From the NCBI GenBank assembly GCA_018830295.1, contig JAHJSM010000003.1, positions 2,512 through 66,511 of the forward strand: a stretch of 64,000 nucleotides of DNA, written 5' to 3'. Within the stretch, counting starts at the first letter, position 1, and each line of letters begins with the position of its first letter. Of this stretch, positions 9,497 to 19,359 are shown in pieces. Both the position numbers and the translations under genes were made by a program. The notes beneath the pieces were generated by a model. The model had not been told where the DNA came from and made no database searches. It saw nothing but the letters and a program-made list of their open reading frames with translations. Source of the DNA: Patescibacteria group bacterium. GTDB lineage: Bacteria > Patescibacteriota > Minisyncoccia > Portnoybacterales > UBA2143.

Positions 9497-9547
9497 ACTC
9501 CTCAAAACACAAACCAAAAAGGAAGAGCAAAATCGCTCTTCCTTTTT

Positions 9548-10693
9548 TTACCTAACGCTCGCGTATCCACCCGCTACGCCGTTTTTGGAAAAGACAATTT
9601 GCCATACTTGGTTTTTTCTCACCCTGAAACTGCCCGCGCACGCGAGCAAATAATATGACCACATTCTGTAAAACCTTTGGTCATAAATATTTTTAATTTT
9701 ATCCCAATTATTTTTAAAATTCTGATGCCAAGCCATAAGCGTCTTGTCGTAATCAGCTCCAAAATTATGCCAATCTTCAAGCACAAACAAGCCCTTTGCC
9801 GCATTAATAATTTTTTCCGGCGAGGGAATGACAGAATTTGGAAAAATATATTTATTCATCCACGGGTCTGTCGCGACACGCGCTACATTTCTCCCAATAG
9901 TATGCAACAAAAACAATCCGTTATCTTTCAGACAGTTGCGCGCAACTTTCATATATGTCTGATAATTCTTGTAACCGACATGTTCAAACATGCCGATAGA
10001 AACAATACCGTCAAATTTTTCGGAAATATCCCTGTAATCTTGCAGCCGTATCTCAACCGGTAAGTTCTCGCATACTCGCCTGGCTAAATCGGCCTGCTCT
10101 TTGGAAACAGTGACACCGACCACTCGCGCCTCGTATTTTTCGGCGGCGTATTTGGCGAACCCTCCCCATCCGCACCCGATATCCAAAATCTTCATCCCCT
10201 CCTTCAGCCCTATTTTCCTGCAAACTAAATCCAACTTTGCCTCCTGCGCCTCATCAAGCGTTTTCGCGTCTTTCCAATATCCGCAACTATAAATCATTCT
10301 CTCATCAAGCATATTTTGATAAAGCGCGTTGCCGAGATCATAATGTTTTTCTCCAATTAAAAAAGCGCGCGATTTTTTTTGAAAATTGATTATTTTGGCC
10401 TTAAGCAAAATCCACAGGAGCCATTTGGAAATTTTAACTTTTTCGTCCAGTTTTGCCCCAAGAACCCTATAAAAAAACTCGTCAAGTGCCGCGCAATCCC
10501 ACCAGCCGTCCATATATGACTCGCCCAAACCCAAAGACGCGCCCCCTAAAACCCTCTGATAAAACCTTTCGTCATGAACCCTAATATCCCGCGGCTCGCT
10601 CCCGCCCACTCTAACGCCCGCCTCGCCCAGCAAGGATTCTATTATCTCCCTCCCCCCGTTTTTTATTTTTTTACCTCCATAATTTCGCGTCAT
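9548..10693 (-). CDS. cyclopropane-fatty-acyl-phospholipid synthase family SAM-dependent methyltransferase
   Basis: SAM-binding motif ILDIGCGWGGFAKYAAEKY, plus the CFA-type MIYSCGYW. Confidence 0.75.
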   Translation of the reverse strand: MTRNYGGKKIKNGGREIIESLLGEAGVRVGGSEPRDIRVHDERFYQRVLGGASLGLGESYMDGWWDCAALDEFFYRVLGAKLDEKVKISKWLLWILLKAKIINFQKKSRAFLIGEKHYDLGNALYQNMLDERMIYSCGYWKDAKTLDEAQEAKLDLVCRKIGLKEGMKILDIGCGWGGFAKYAAEKYEARVVGVTVSKEQADLARRVCENLPVEIRLQDYRDISEKFDGIVSIGMFEHVGYKNYQTYMKVARNCLKDNGLFLLHTIGRNVARVATDPWMNKYIFPNSVIPSPEKIINAAKGLFVLEDWHNFGADYDKTLMAWHQNFKNNWDKIKNIYDQRFYRMWSYYLLACAGSFRVRKNQVWQIVFSKNGVAGGYASVR

Positions 10694-10755
10694 ATTATTG
10701 AAAGCATTATAACACAAAAACAACCGCCCAGATAGCGATTGTTTTATTTACTTTG

Positions 10756-10827
10756 CTGGGGAGGAGGGATTCGAACCCCCGCTTTTCGCTTTCAAAGAGC
10801 GACGTGTTACCGCTACACCACTCCCCA
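10756..10827 (-). tRNA. tRNA-Gln (anticodon UUG)
   Basis: The reverse complement folds as UGGGGAG UG GUGU AGCGGUA ACAC G UCGCU CUUUGAA AGCGA ... GGGGGUUCGAAUCCCUC CUCCCCA G. Confidence 0.85.
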
Positions 10828-10831
10828 AATT

Positions 10832-11584
10832 TTAAATTTTACTTACTATCCCCTCAACCCAACCCATCAATTTTCTGTTGAGATTTGTGCTTCTTTTCAC
10901 CGTGATATCAAGTAGCCCAAAGTAATTATTGTTATCCACCTTACGATTGGTTTTTATATTATGCTTTTTGAATACGGTTTTTCTAAACCTGACTACGGGC
11001 ACTCCAACAATTTTAGACCAATATTTTAAAGATTTTTCTTCATCGCCTGTCTCGTGAATATACAACCTCATATCCATATTCTTTTTGGAAACATTACAAA
11101 TTTCAATAAGCCATTTAAGAAAAATCTTTATCATTCTTGGATCTGAATTGCTAAATCTTAACCCTTGAGAAACATTTGTTTCCTTTTGTTTTGACCCTTC
11201 CGCCCAATACAGCGCTATTCCAATTAGAAATAACTCCTTTTTACCAATCTTTTTTATTTCCTTTCCGGCTAAAGTTTTTATCTCTTCTGTGGCTCTGATT
11301 CTATTTTCGCGACATGTTTGTTGCGCTTTTTTTTGGGCCAATTTTCTTTTTTCAGTAAGTCGTTGTCGCTGCCTTTTGGCTAATCCTATTTCACGAAGCC
11401 AAACCGACAATGTAGATTTGGCTACTGGCACCAATCTCAAAATTTCGTTATACGATAATCCCTTTTTTCTTAACACTATTGCTTTTTGTTTTTCTCTCGT
11501 TTTTGAAATCATGAACCATGGATATATTGTCTCCATTATACATCTGTGGTTTTGATAAATCAAGCCGAATTTTCTCCGCAGCAT
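10832..11584 (-). CDS. hypothetical protein with N-terminal HTH; weak LAGLIDADG-like segment
   Basis: An HTH-like stretch (GLSYNEILRLVPVAKSTLSVWLREI) is present. LIGIALYWAEGSK loosely resembles a LAGLIDADG motif. The gene abuts tRNA-Gln. Confidence 0.4.
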   Translation of the reverse strand: MLRRKFGLIYQNHRCIMETIYPWFMISKTREKQKAIVLRKKGLSYNEILRLVPVAKSTLSVWLREIGLAKRQRQRLTEKRKLAQKKAQQTCRENRIRATEEIKTLAGKEIKKIGKKELFLIGIALYWAEGSKQKETNVSQGLRFSNSDPRMIKIFLKWLIEICNVSKKNMDMRLYIHETGDEEKSLKYWSKIVGVPVVRFRKTVFKKHNIKTNRKVDNNNYFGLLDITVKRSTNLNRKLMGWVEGIVSKI

Positions 11585-12666
11585 TCCACTACTGCCAGTT
11601 CTAAAGGCAGTTGGGGGAAGTCGGCGGATTTTACTTCGTTTTCGGCTTGGATGAAGAGACGGATTGTTTTGATTAAATCCGGCTGGGAAAACTTTTCTCC
11701 CTGTCCTGTTATAACATCCAACTGCTCCTTGGTCAATTCTATAGCAATCAGTTTCGCTAATTCGGGGTCAACTTTCAAAATCATCATTTTTCTCAAATAG
11801 TTAATGAACGATTTCGTGAATTGGACCGGGTCGTATCCTTTGCCAAAAATTTCGTTAATATGATGAATCGCTTCCGAATTTTTCTTCTCCGCCAAAAAGC
11901 CCGCCAACTCCTGAACCGAACGAATATCAACCACTCCTAAAATATCTTGAACTTCTTTCAGCGTAATCTGCTTGTCTTCCATGGACATAATCTGCCCGAG
12001 CAAACTTTCCCCGTCGCGCATCGCCCCGTCGGCGTTAAGGGCGACCAATTCAAGCGCTTCTTTTTCAATCGCCACCTTTTCCTGTTTGGAAATCCAAGCC
12101 AAGCGTTCAGTAATTTTTTCCAGAGTTAATTTGTAAAAATCAAATCTTTGACAGCGGGAAATAATCGTCTGGGGGATTTTTTGAATTTCAGTCGTAGCGA
12201 GAATAAAAATCGCGTGCGCAGGCGGCTCCTCTAAAGTTTTAAGCAAGGCATTAAAGGCCGGCTGGGTGAGCATGTGAGTCTCGTCGATGATAAAAACTTT
12301 GTATTTTAATTTACTCGGACTAAATTGTATCCCGTCGCGCAACTCTCTAATTTCGTCAATCCCACGATTAGACGCCGCGTCAACTTCAATCAAATCCATT
12401 GACTTGCCGTTATTAATTTCTACGCAAGCAGGACATTTACCGCATGATTTATGACATGTTCTATTTTCACAATTAACCGCCTTGGCGAGCAGACGGGCAA
12501 TTGTCGTCTTCCCCGTCCCTCTCGGTCCGGTAAAAAGATAAGCGTGCGCGACCTTATCCATTGCCAAAGCATTCGTCAAAGTTCTAACGACATGCTCCTG
12601 CCCCGCGACCTCCTCAAAACTCTTCGGCCGATATTTTCGATACAAAACTAAATTTGACATATACAA
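11560..12666 (-). CDS. dnaX: DNA polymerase III subunit gamma/tau
   Basis: YRPKSFEEVAGQEHV, Walker A GPRGTGKTT and a zinc module CxxC...CxxC. Confidence 0.9.
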   Translation of the reverse strand: MYMSNLVLYRKYRPKSFEEVAGQEHVVRTLTNALAMDKVAHAYLFTGPRGTGKTTIARLLAKAVNCENRTCHKSCGKCPACVEINNGKSMDLIEVDAASNRGIDEIRELRDGIQFSPSKLKYKVFIIDETHMLTQPAFNALLKTLEEPPAHAIFILATTEIQKIPQTIISRCQRFDFYKLTLEKITERLAWISKQEKVAIEKEALELVALNADGAMRDGESLLGQIMSMEDKQITLKEVQDILGVVDIRSVQELAGFLAEKKNSEAIHHINEIFGKGYDPVQFTKSFINYLRKMMILKVDPELAKLIAIELTKEQLDVITGQGEKFSQPDLIKTIRLFIQAENEVKSADFPQLPLELAVVECCGENSA

Positions 12667-12671
12667 AACTA

Positions 12672-13115
12672 TTACCGCTTAAAGACAATAAACTTATACC
12701 CCGCGAAATTCCAGACCAGCGAAATACCCGTCGCGACGACCTTGGCTAAATTCGCCCAAAGTTCCGCGCTCAAGCCGAACATCGGCGAGACCAAAGTCGT
12801 AATAACATAAACCACAGTCGTGTTAAGCGCCATCCCAACCAGTGTAATCGCGACAAACTGCGCAAATTCCCCCGCTTTTTTCTCTGTTTCCCCGGCGCGG
12901 AAAATCCAAAACTTATTCCAGAAAAAGCTGTTGATGACCGCCACCGAAAAAGAAACCGCGTTTAACAGAATAATATACTTCCCGCTATAAATCCCCGTCT
13001 GCCACATCAGCAAATTCAAAATCGCGAAATCAATCCCCGTATTCAAAAACCCAATCAAAACAAATTTGCTAAACTGAACAACCAACTTTTTGTATTTTTC
13101 GTTTAATAAAAACAT
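12672..13115 (-). CDS. GtrA-family membrane protein
   Basis: 147 aa with four TM segments; KFVLIGFLNTGIDFAILNLL is a GtrA-like N-terminus. Confidence 0.7.
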   Translation of the reverse strand: MFLLNEKYKKLVVQFSKFVLIGFLNTGIDFAILNLLMWQTGIYSGKYIILLNAVSFSVAVINSFFWNKFWIFRAGETEKKAGEFAQFVAITLVGMALNTTVVYVITTLVSPMFGLSAELWANLAKVVATGISLVWNFAGYKFIVFKR

Positions 13116-13133
13116 AAATTTTTAGTTTCATCC

Positions 13134-15674
13134 CTATATCTCGGGGGCTTTCTCGACCTTGAAAACAAGCCCTTCTTGTAAAATTACTTTATCACGGCGT
13201 TTGATTTTATCCTCTAAAAACAACCGTGCCAACTCGCTTTCCACTTTGTCTTGAATCACCCTCTTCAGCGGCCGCGCTCCATAAAGCGGGTCAAACCCAG
13301 CCAAAGCCAATTCCCGCGCCGCCTCTTCTTCAACTTCAAAAACAACGCCCTTTTCCGCCAACTGCTCCCGCGCGCTGTTTAAAAACAATTTTGTAATCTC
13401 CGTCACATTCTCAACCGAAAGCGGCTTAAAAAGTATAATCTCATCAAAGCGATTCAAAAATTCCGGCTTAAAATCCTTCAATAAGACCTTTTCCTTCAAC
13501 TCCCTGTAGATTTCTTTATAATCAACCGCTCGCCTGATTTGCTGCTGAACAAATTGTGTCCCCGCGTTTGAAGTAGCGATTAAAATCACATTTGTAAAGT
13601 TAATCGTTTCTCCCGACGCGTCAGTCAACCGCCCATCGTCCATTACTTGTAAAAACAAATTCAAAATATCCGGATGCGCCTTCTCTATCTCGTCCAAAAG
13701 CAAAAGCGCGTATGGCTGTCTCTTGACCGCTTCCGTTAAATATCCTTTATTCACGCCCTCTTCCGTCCGAAAACCAATCAGCTGCCGCAAACTTCTCTTT
13801 TCCTGATACTCGGACATATCTAATCGTATCATCCTCTTTTCATCGCCAAAATAAACGCGCGCCAGTGTTTTCGCCAATTCTGTTTTTCCCACGCCCGTCG
13901 GTCCGACAAAAAGAAAATTGCAAATCGGTTTTTTCTTTTCCTGCAATTGAAGACGGCTCCGTCTTAAAGCGTTCCCCACCGCTTTAACCGCTTCTTCTTG
14001 GTTAACCATTCTCCGATGAATTAACTCCTCCAATTGAAGCAGTTTTTCTTTTTCCGTTTCCATCACCTGTCCCAATGGAATTTTGGTCTTTCGCGCGACT
14101 AATTCAACAATGTCTTTCTCGCCGACTTGGCTTCCCACCCCTCCCCGCTGTCTAACAACATACGCTGATTCGGTTAACAAATCAATTGCCTTGCCTAAAA
14201 GCGCTTTTCCGTAAAGATATTTATCCGCCAAATCAACCGCTCGGTCCAGCGCGTCAACCGAGAAAAAAACATTAATCGCTTTTTCAATAACAAAAATTTT
14301 AGTAACTAAAATCCGCCAAAGAAGATTTCTGGACGGCTCAGCTAATTCAATTTTATTCAAAACCCGACCCAATATTTTACCCTCAATTTTAGAAGAAAAC
14401 CCATTTAGCGAAGCGGTCCCGATAAAAAAGAAGGCGTAATTATCCAGCGCCGAAGCCAAAATCTCCGCGAAATCCAAACCCGTTTCTTTGCTTTTCAAAC
14501 CAGCCAAACTATCCACATCGTCAATGACTAAAACAATATTCCCCGCCCGATTAACCTCAAAAATTATTTTCCTCAAATACTCCTCGCCCCTCTCGCTCGC
14601 CTCGCTCAATCCGACCAAACTTCCCAAATCCAATTTAATTAATCTTTTGTCTCGCAGAAGTTTTGGAACATTTTCCTCCACCATCATTTGAGCTAATTTT
14701 TTCAAAACGGCCTTTCTCCCCACCTCGCTCTGCCCAACCAAAACCGCGCCCACTTTCCCCAGACCAAAAAAATTAAAAATTTCCTCTATCTCTTTATCCC
14801 TGCCCAAAACCATTTCAAATCCTCCCTGTCGAGCCATAAAAGTCAAGTCATAACTAACTCTGTCCAAAAGAGGCGTTAAGGCGGCCGTCATCGCCCGATT
14901 TAATTTCCCTTTTGGCTTAAAGAGCCGTTTCCAAAAAAACATTTTTTCGCGTTTTTCAATTTCCTCATCCAGACGCGCCCATTCAACTACCCGTTCAATT
15001 TCTTCCGAACTTATGCCAAATTCGTCAAAAATCATCCCAACTAAATTTTTTCGTCGGCTAATCGCCCAAAGAATATCCAAAGAATTTATTTTTCGCCTCT
15101 CGTTTTTTAACGCAAAAAGATAAGCGTCAAAAAATATTTGTTTAAAGTCAGACGCTATTTTAGGTCCTAAAATCCCCCCTTTCTCTTTTGTCTTTGGAAA
15201 AAAAGAAGAATTTTCAAGAACCGATTTCGTTTTTTGAACGACATCCTTCGGCTCGCAATTAAGCCGCTTAAGAATTTTTTTGAACTCTTTGTTTTTTAAG
15301 AAAACATAAAAAATGTGGATTGGACGCAAAGAAGAATATCTTTTACGCTCGCAAAAAATCCAAGCGCTCTCCAACGCCTTTCGCGCCGAACCGTCCAAAA
15401 AAGAAGACACTTCAATTTTATCATCATCTGGCTTAAGCAGTTCGCTTGTTCTAATTTTGCCCCCCGTCTTTTTCTTCCGCCAAAGATAGAAAAGAAACAT
15501 ATCAGCGAATAAAGATAAGGATGATAGAACAAAAATTCCATAAATCCCGAACAAAACTAAAAAAATAACTATTAACCAACCCAAAACAACCTTTAATCGC
15601 CTCAAAGCAATAGCCAAAACGCCCAAGCCGGGCTCAAACCTAAAATCCGTATTTTGAATATCAAGTTCAGACAT
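13134..15674 (-). CDS. membrane-anchored ClpA/ClpB/ClpC-family AAA+ protein with degenerate first ATPase module
   Basis: N-terminal TM helices are followed by Clp_N-like repeats. The first module's Walker A is degenerate (GQSEVGRKA) and its Walker B is VIDDVD. The second module is intact (GPTGVGKTELAKTLA, LLLDEIEKAH). Confidence 0.8.
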   Translation of the reverse strand: MSELDIQNTDFRFEPGLGVLAIALRRLKVVLGWLIVIFLVLFGIYGIFVLSSLSLFADMFLFYLWRKKKTGGKIRTSELLKPDDDKIEVSSFLDGSARKALESAWIFCERKRYSSLRPIHIFYVFLKNKEFKKILKRLNCEPKDVVQKTKSVLENSSFFPKTKEKGGILGPKIASDFKQIFFDAYLFALKNERRKINSLDILWAISRRKNLVGMIFDEFGISSEEIERVVEWARLDEEIEKREKMFFWKRLFKPKGKLNRAMTAALTPLLDRVSYDLTFMARQGGFEMVLGRDKEIEEIFNFFGLGKVGAVLVGQSEVGRKAVLKKLAQMMVEENVPKLLRDKRLIKLDLGSLVGLSEASERGEEYLRKIIFEVNRAGNIVLVIDDVDSLAGLKSKETGLDFAEILASALDNYAFFFIGTASLNGFSSKIEGKILGRVLNKIELAEPSRNLLWRILVTKIFVIEKAINVFFSVDALDRAVDLADKYLYGKALLGKAIDLLTESAYVVRQRGGVGSQVGEKDIVELVARKTKIPLGQVMETEKEKLLQLEELIHRRMVNQEEAVKAVGNALRRSRLQLQEKKKPICNFLFVGPTGVGKTELAKTLARVYFGDEKRMIRLDMSEYQEKRSLRQLIGFRTEEGVNKGYLTEAVKRQPYALLLLDEIEKAHPDILNLFLQVMDDGRLTDASGETINFTNVILIATSNAGTQFVQQQIRRAVDYKEIYRELKEKVLLKDFKPEFLNRFDEIILFKPLSVENVTEITKLFLNSAREQLAEKGVVFEVEEEAARELALAGFDPLYGARPLKRVIQDKVESELARLFLEDKIKRRDKVILQEGLVFKVEKAPEI

Positions 15675-15678
15675 AAAT

Positions 15679-16014
15679 TTATATCATTCCCCAAACAGCC
15701 AAAAGAGGCAAAAGCGGCCACAGCGCAAAAGCAATCGTCCAAAAAACAAACAAAAAAACAAAAAAGAGCGAGCGCCAAAAAATCTGCCACGAGCGAACAA
15801 ATAAACTTAAAACATAAGCGTCCCAGCCGCGCTCCCCGTACATCGGTCTAAAAAAATTCTCAAAAAGAATTCCCAAAGCCAATCCCCGCCAGCCGCCCTT
15901 AATCCGCCGCCAACAAAAAACAGCCGCCTCCTTCAACCCCTCGCCATACCACCATATAGGGAAGTAGACAACCAACCAAAAAGCGTCTAAGAATAAGTTT
16001 TTGAAAAATTTCAT
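15679..16014 (-). CDS. small hydrophobic membrane protein
   Basis: An aromatic-rich protein with 3-4 TM segments; no recognisable domain. Confidence 0.35.
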   Translation of the reverse strand: MKFFKNLFLDAFWLVVYFPIWWYGEGLKEAAVFCWRRIKGGWRGLALGILFENFFRPMYGERGWDAYVLSLFVRSWQIFWRSLFFVFLFVFWTIAFALWPLLPLLAVWGMI

Positions 16015-16042
16015 ATTAATTAGGGGGCTGCCCCCTGCGTCC

Positions 16043-18490
16043 TTAACTCTTATACCTCTCCCCAATTTCCCTCTCAACCATCACCTTATCCCTCCCGTAT
16101 TTCAGCCGCGAAAGTTCCTTGATCGCTTCGGCGGTTTCCGCGTCGCCCTTTTCGGGCGGGTAGGTCGCAATACTGAACGGCTTGGATGTCTCGTTATTAA
16201 GCATTAATTTAACATAAGCGTTAAAATTACCCACATTAATCAAATCATTCGCGTCAAAAATCGGCTCAAACTGCTTCACTAAAAATTCCGCGTCCTCCGC
16301 GCCAACCCGAAAACTCGCCATTGAGCCAACATTTCCAAAAACCGCGTCGCGAATCCCTTCGGTTAATTGCCCAATAAACTGATGAGCGAGAACCAAGCAA
16401 AGCCGATATTTTCGCGCTTCCGAAAGAATAGTTGAAATACTATCTGTGGCGAAATTTTGAAACTCATCCATATATAAATAAAAATCTTTCCGTTCCTCTT
16501 CCGCCATGTCAATTCTTGAAAAAGCCGCAATCAGCAATTTGCCCGTGACAATTAAACCGAGCAAAGAACTATTTGTATCCCCCAATTTCCCCTTGCTTAA
16601 ATTAACGAGCAAAATTTTCCGCTCATCCATAATCTTCCTAAAATCAAGCGAACTTTCCGACTGTCCGATAATCGGCCTCATATAATCATTGGCGATAAAA
16701 ATGTTAAATTTAGAAGTGATATAAGGAACCATATTCGCCAAAGACGCGTCGCCACCCGCTTTTTCCGCTTCCTTTTCCCAAAAATCCTTGACCACAATAT
16801 TCCCGCATTTCGCCAGTAATTTATCGCGAAAATTCTTATCAGCCAAAACCTTCGGCACTTCCATCAGAGTAGATTTCTCATTCGGGTCGTCCATTAAAAG
16901 CAAAAGCGCGTTGCGAGTATATTGCTCAAACATCGGCCCGCCGGTCGTTTTCATATCATAAAGTTTGTCAAAAATATTCATTAACTCATTCACGGCAAAG
17001 GTTTTCTGCTCTGGATAAGCCGGGTCATACTCAAGCATATTCAAGCCCAAAGGCCTCCCCAAATCAGAAGGGTCCAAAACAATTACATCTTCCGCTCGCT
17101 CGCTTGGAACCAACGCTAAAATTTTCTCAACCAAATCGCCGTGCGGGTCAAGAACGCACACGCCCCGCCCTTCTTTAATGTCCTGTATCGCCATATTCTG
17201 CATAAAAGCCGATTTTCCGGTTCCGGTCTGTCCAATTGTATAAAGATGCCGCCTCCGGTCGTTTTCCTGCAGACGAACTACCGCCTCTTCGCCGCGATAA
17301 GCGTTCTTGCCTAAAATTATCCCCTCTTTAGGCAAATTCGCGGGCGGAGCCGCCTGTCCCGATTTCAAAAACTTAACCTTGGGCGTCTCCAAAGACGCGG
17401 TTGGAAAATGAAAAATACTCGTCAATTCCTCCGTCCCTAAAAGCATCGCCCGCTTTTTGTTAAAAAGGCGAAAAGAAAATTCGTAAATCAATTTTTTTAA
17501 CTCCCGCCCCTTCCGCAACCTAACCGACTTTAACTGGTTCATATCCGAAGCGTTAAATTGCGCGAAAACCGATTCTAAATGCCCCAAAATCTCCTCCGCT
17601 CTCTTTAATTCGCCAGCCGAAACAAGCAATCTGACATTCGTCTCAAACCCCGCCTTGCCCGCCTTGTTTTCTATCGCTTTAATCACATCTTCCTGTCCTG
17701 GAGTGAGCGACGGTTTTTCTTCCGCCATCTCTCCTTCTTTTTTAGGCGGCTTAATGCTCGCCCTAAAATCCTTAATAATTTTGACTAACCAATTTCCGCC
17801 CTTCTCCGATTTCGCCGCTGAAAAACTCTTTCCCTTTTGCATTTCTCGCGCGATGCCTCGGCTTAAATTTTGCCATTTTGGAGAAGTTGGTCTAATAACA
17901 ATCTGAATTGCCGCCCCCTCCCCTTCTTTTTCTAATTTGCTCAAAGCATTCGTAATCTCGTTGAGCGGGTCAACTTCCAAATTTTGATAAGTCCTAAAAG
18001 GCAAAACAAAACTTTGAGCCAGTTTTAAATACGAGCCAACCGCCGCCCCTTTTGGATTAAAAATATTATAATCGTCGCTTTCTTCAACCGATGCTTCTGG
18101 GTAAAGCCCGTGAATTTGTTTTTCAATAATATTTTCATAACGCCGTGGCGCAGCCAAATAAAAAGAAATTTCCTCGCCCACCCGCGGCGTCGCGATTTCA
18201 AACGCCAAATACGGCTGACCATAAATAAAAATATCCTTTGTTTCTCGGATATTGCTCAAGCCGTTATAAAGCTGTTCCATGACCGCGACAATTTCCTTCT
18301 CACTCTTCGGCGCGCCGCCCTCCTCTTTTTTAACTTTTTTAGGCAAGGAAATCAAAAAAAGACGCATATTTAAAGACCGCGTAATCCGCCCTTTATTTTT
18401 AAGATGCATTACAAAAACCGCCGCCCCCAAGCCAACCACGCTTAGAGCAAGCAAAACGGTAATAAGTAAAAGAATTTGACTTAACGGCAT
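16043..18490 (-). CDS. VirD4/TraD/TrwB-like (or HerA-like) P-loop ATPase with N-terminal TM and ~400-aa extra domain
   Basis: HLYTIGQTGTGKSAF...VLDPHGDL...IVLDPSD parallels TrwB (GATGSGKS...DPNGDM...ILNPYD). The Walker B-like segment is YLYMDEF, with LVLAHQ further on. Confidence 0.6.
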   Translation of the reverse strand: MPLSQILLLITVLLALSVVGLGAAVFVMHLKNKGRITRSLNMRLFLISLPKKVKKEEGGAPKSEKEIVAVMEQLYNGLSNIRETKDIFIYGQPYLAFEIATPRVGEEISFYLAAPRRYENIIEKQIHGLYPEASVEESDDYNIFNPKGAAVGSYLKLAQSFVLPFRTYQNLEVDPLNEITNALSKLEKEGEGAAIQIVIRPTSPKWQNLSRGIAREMQKGKSFSAAKSEKGGNWLVKIIKDFRASIKPPKKEGEMAEEKPSLTPGQEDVIKAIENKAGKAGFETNVRLLVSAGELKRAEEILGHLESVFAQFNASDMNQLKSVRLRKGRELKKLIYEFSFRLFNKKRAMLLGTEELTSIFHFPTASLETPKVKFLKSGQAAPPANLPKEGIILGKNAYRGEEAVVRLQENDRRRHLYTIGQTGTGKSAFMQNMAIQDIKEGRGVCVLDPHGDLVEKILALVPSERAEDVIVLDPSDLGRPLGLNMLEYDPAYPEQKTFAVNELMNIFDKLYDMKTTGGPMFEQYTRNALLLLMDDPNEKSTLMEVPKVLADKNFRDKLLAKCGNIVVKDFWEKEAEKAGGDASLANMVPYITSKFNIFIANDYMRPIIGQSESSLDFRKIMDERKILLVNLSKGKLGDTNSSLLGLIVTGKLLIAAFSRIDMAEEERKDFYLYMDEFQNFATDSISTILSEARKYRLCLVLAHQFIGQLTEGIRDAVFGNVGSMASFRVGAEDAEFLVKQFEPIFDANDLINVGNFNAYVKLMLNNETSKPFSIATYPPEKGDAETAEAIKELSRLKYGRDKVMVEREIGERYKS

Positions 18491-18496
18491 ATATAA

Positions 18497-18529
18497 GGGG
18501 ACAGTCCCTCGCCGCGAGGGACTGTCCCC
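18497..18529. repeat. GC hairpin element (GGGGACAGTCCC type), intergenic
   Basis: ggggacagtccctcgccgcgagggactgtcccc is a perfect 15-bp stem with loop CCG, followed by gtcttag. Confidence 0.85.
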
Positions 18530-18536
18530 GTCTTAG

Positions 18537-18971
18537 TTAGATCTCCTTTAGCTTCCCCTCTTTAATCAACTCTAACTTATCTAATGTATCGTGAAATTCA
18601 TCAAGGACAAAAGCGTTATCCAACTCCTTCGCCACTCCAACAGCAAAATCAGGCCCCTCTTCAAGAGCCAAATTCCGAAGCGCCTCAATCTGTTCCTGAA
18701 CGCCCAATTTGCTAATCTCTTCAACTTTCTTGCCACGCTTCGCCTTGTCCTCCTTCGCCGAGGCTTTGGCGGACAAGTCATCCGCGGGCGGCGCTGGTTT
18801 TACCTCTTCAATAACTTCCTGCTTTACTTCTTGCTTTACTTCTTGCTTTACTTCCTGTTCAACTTTCTCAACCTCAACTTCCCGAGGGGACAGTCCCTCG
18901 GGACGAGGGACTGTCCCCGTCTCAACCGGCTCCGTCTCAACCTCCCCAATTGACTCTTTATATTTGTCCAT
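18537..18971 (-). CDS. acidic repeat protein (hypothetical)
   Basis: Contains (QEVK)n repeats and an in-frame hairpin-element insertion (GTVPRPEGLSP). Confidence 0.4.
   Translation of the reverse strand: MDKYKESIGEVETEPVETGTVPRPEGLSPREVEVEKVEQEVKQEVKQEVKQEVIEEVKPAPPADDLSAKASAKEDKAKRGKKVEEISKLGVQEQIEALRNLALEEGPDFAVGVAKELDNAFVLDEFHDTLDKLELIKEGKLKEI
18826..18866. repeat. 12-nt tandem repeat (ctttacttcttg)x3.5
   Basis: Read directly from the sequence; it encodes the QEVKQEVKQEVK run. Confidence 0.7.
18886..18918. repeat. GC hairpin element inside CDS 18537-18971 (in frame)
   Basis: ggggacagtccctcgggacgagggactgtcccc. Confidence 0.85.
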
Positions 18972-18982
18972 AATTTTACAAA

Positions 18983-19013
18983 GGGGGCTGCCCCCGCAGC
19001 GGGGGCAGCCCCC
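18983..19013. repeat. GC hairpin element (GGGGGCTGCCCCC type), intergenic, terminator-like
   Basis: gggggctgcccccgcagcgggggcagccccc lies immediately 3' of the stop of gene 19017-19358. Confidence 0.85.
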
Positions 19014-19016
19014 GTC

Positions 19017-19325
19017 TTAGTTTATCGTCCCTTTTATCTCCTCCTTAAACTCCCGAACCACTCCTTCAACCATCGCGTCATAATCGCTAATCTTCGTCCT
19101 TAAAAACTCTGCAATCTTATCCGGATCATCCGTCTCCCTTAACTTCTCAAACTCAACCCTGTCCTCGTCCGACAGTAATTCAAGCGTTTTGACGGTAATC
19201 CGCTTCAAAACCGACTCTGTCATCACCGTCAAAAGCTCCGCCTGCTTCTCCTCCGACAACCCCGCCAAACCCAACTCCTCAATAATACTTTGTTTTATTT
19301 GTTGTGTATCCATAATTTTTTTCAT
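19017..19325 (-). CDS. hypothetical protein
   Basis: About 102 aa, with no recognised domain. The upstream in-frame extension (MGAALAARAAP) is simply the translated hairpin element. Confidence 0.4.
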   Translation of the reverse strand: MKKIMDTQQIKQSIIEELGLAGLSEEKQAELLTVMTESVLKRITVKTLELLSDEDRVEFEKLRETDDPDKIAEFLRTKISDYDAMVEGVVREFKEEIKGTIN

Positions 19326-19356
19326 GGGGGCAGCCCTCGCCGCGAGGGCTGCCCCC
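19326..19356. repeat. GC hairpin element, intergenic
   Basis: gggggcagccctcgccgcgagggctgccccc. Confidence 0.85.
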
Positions 19357-19359
19357 ATT

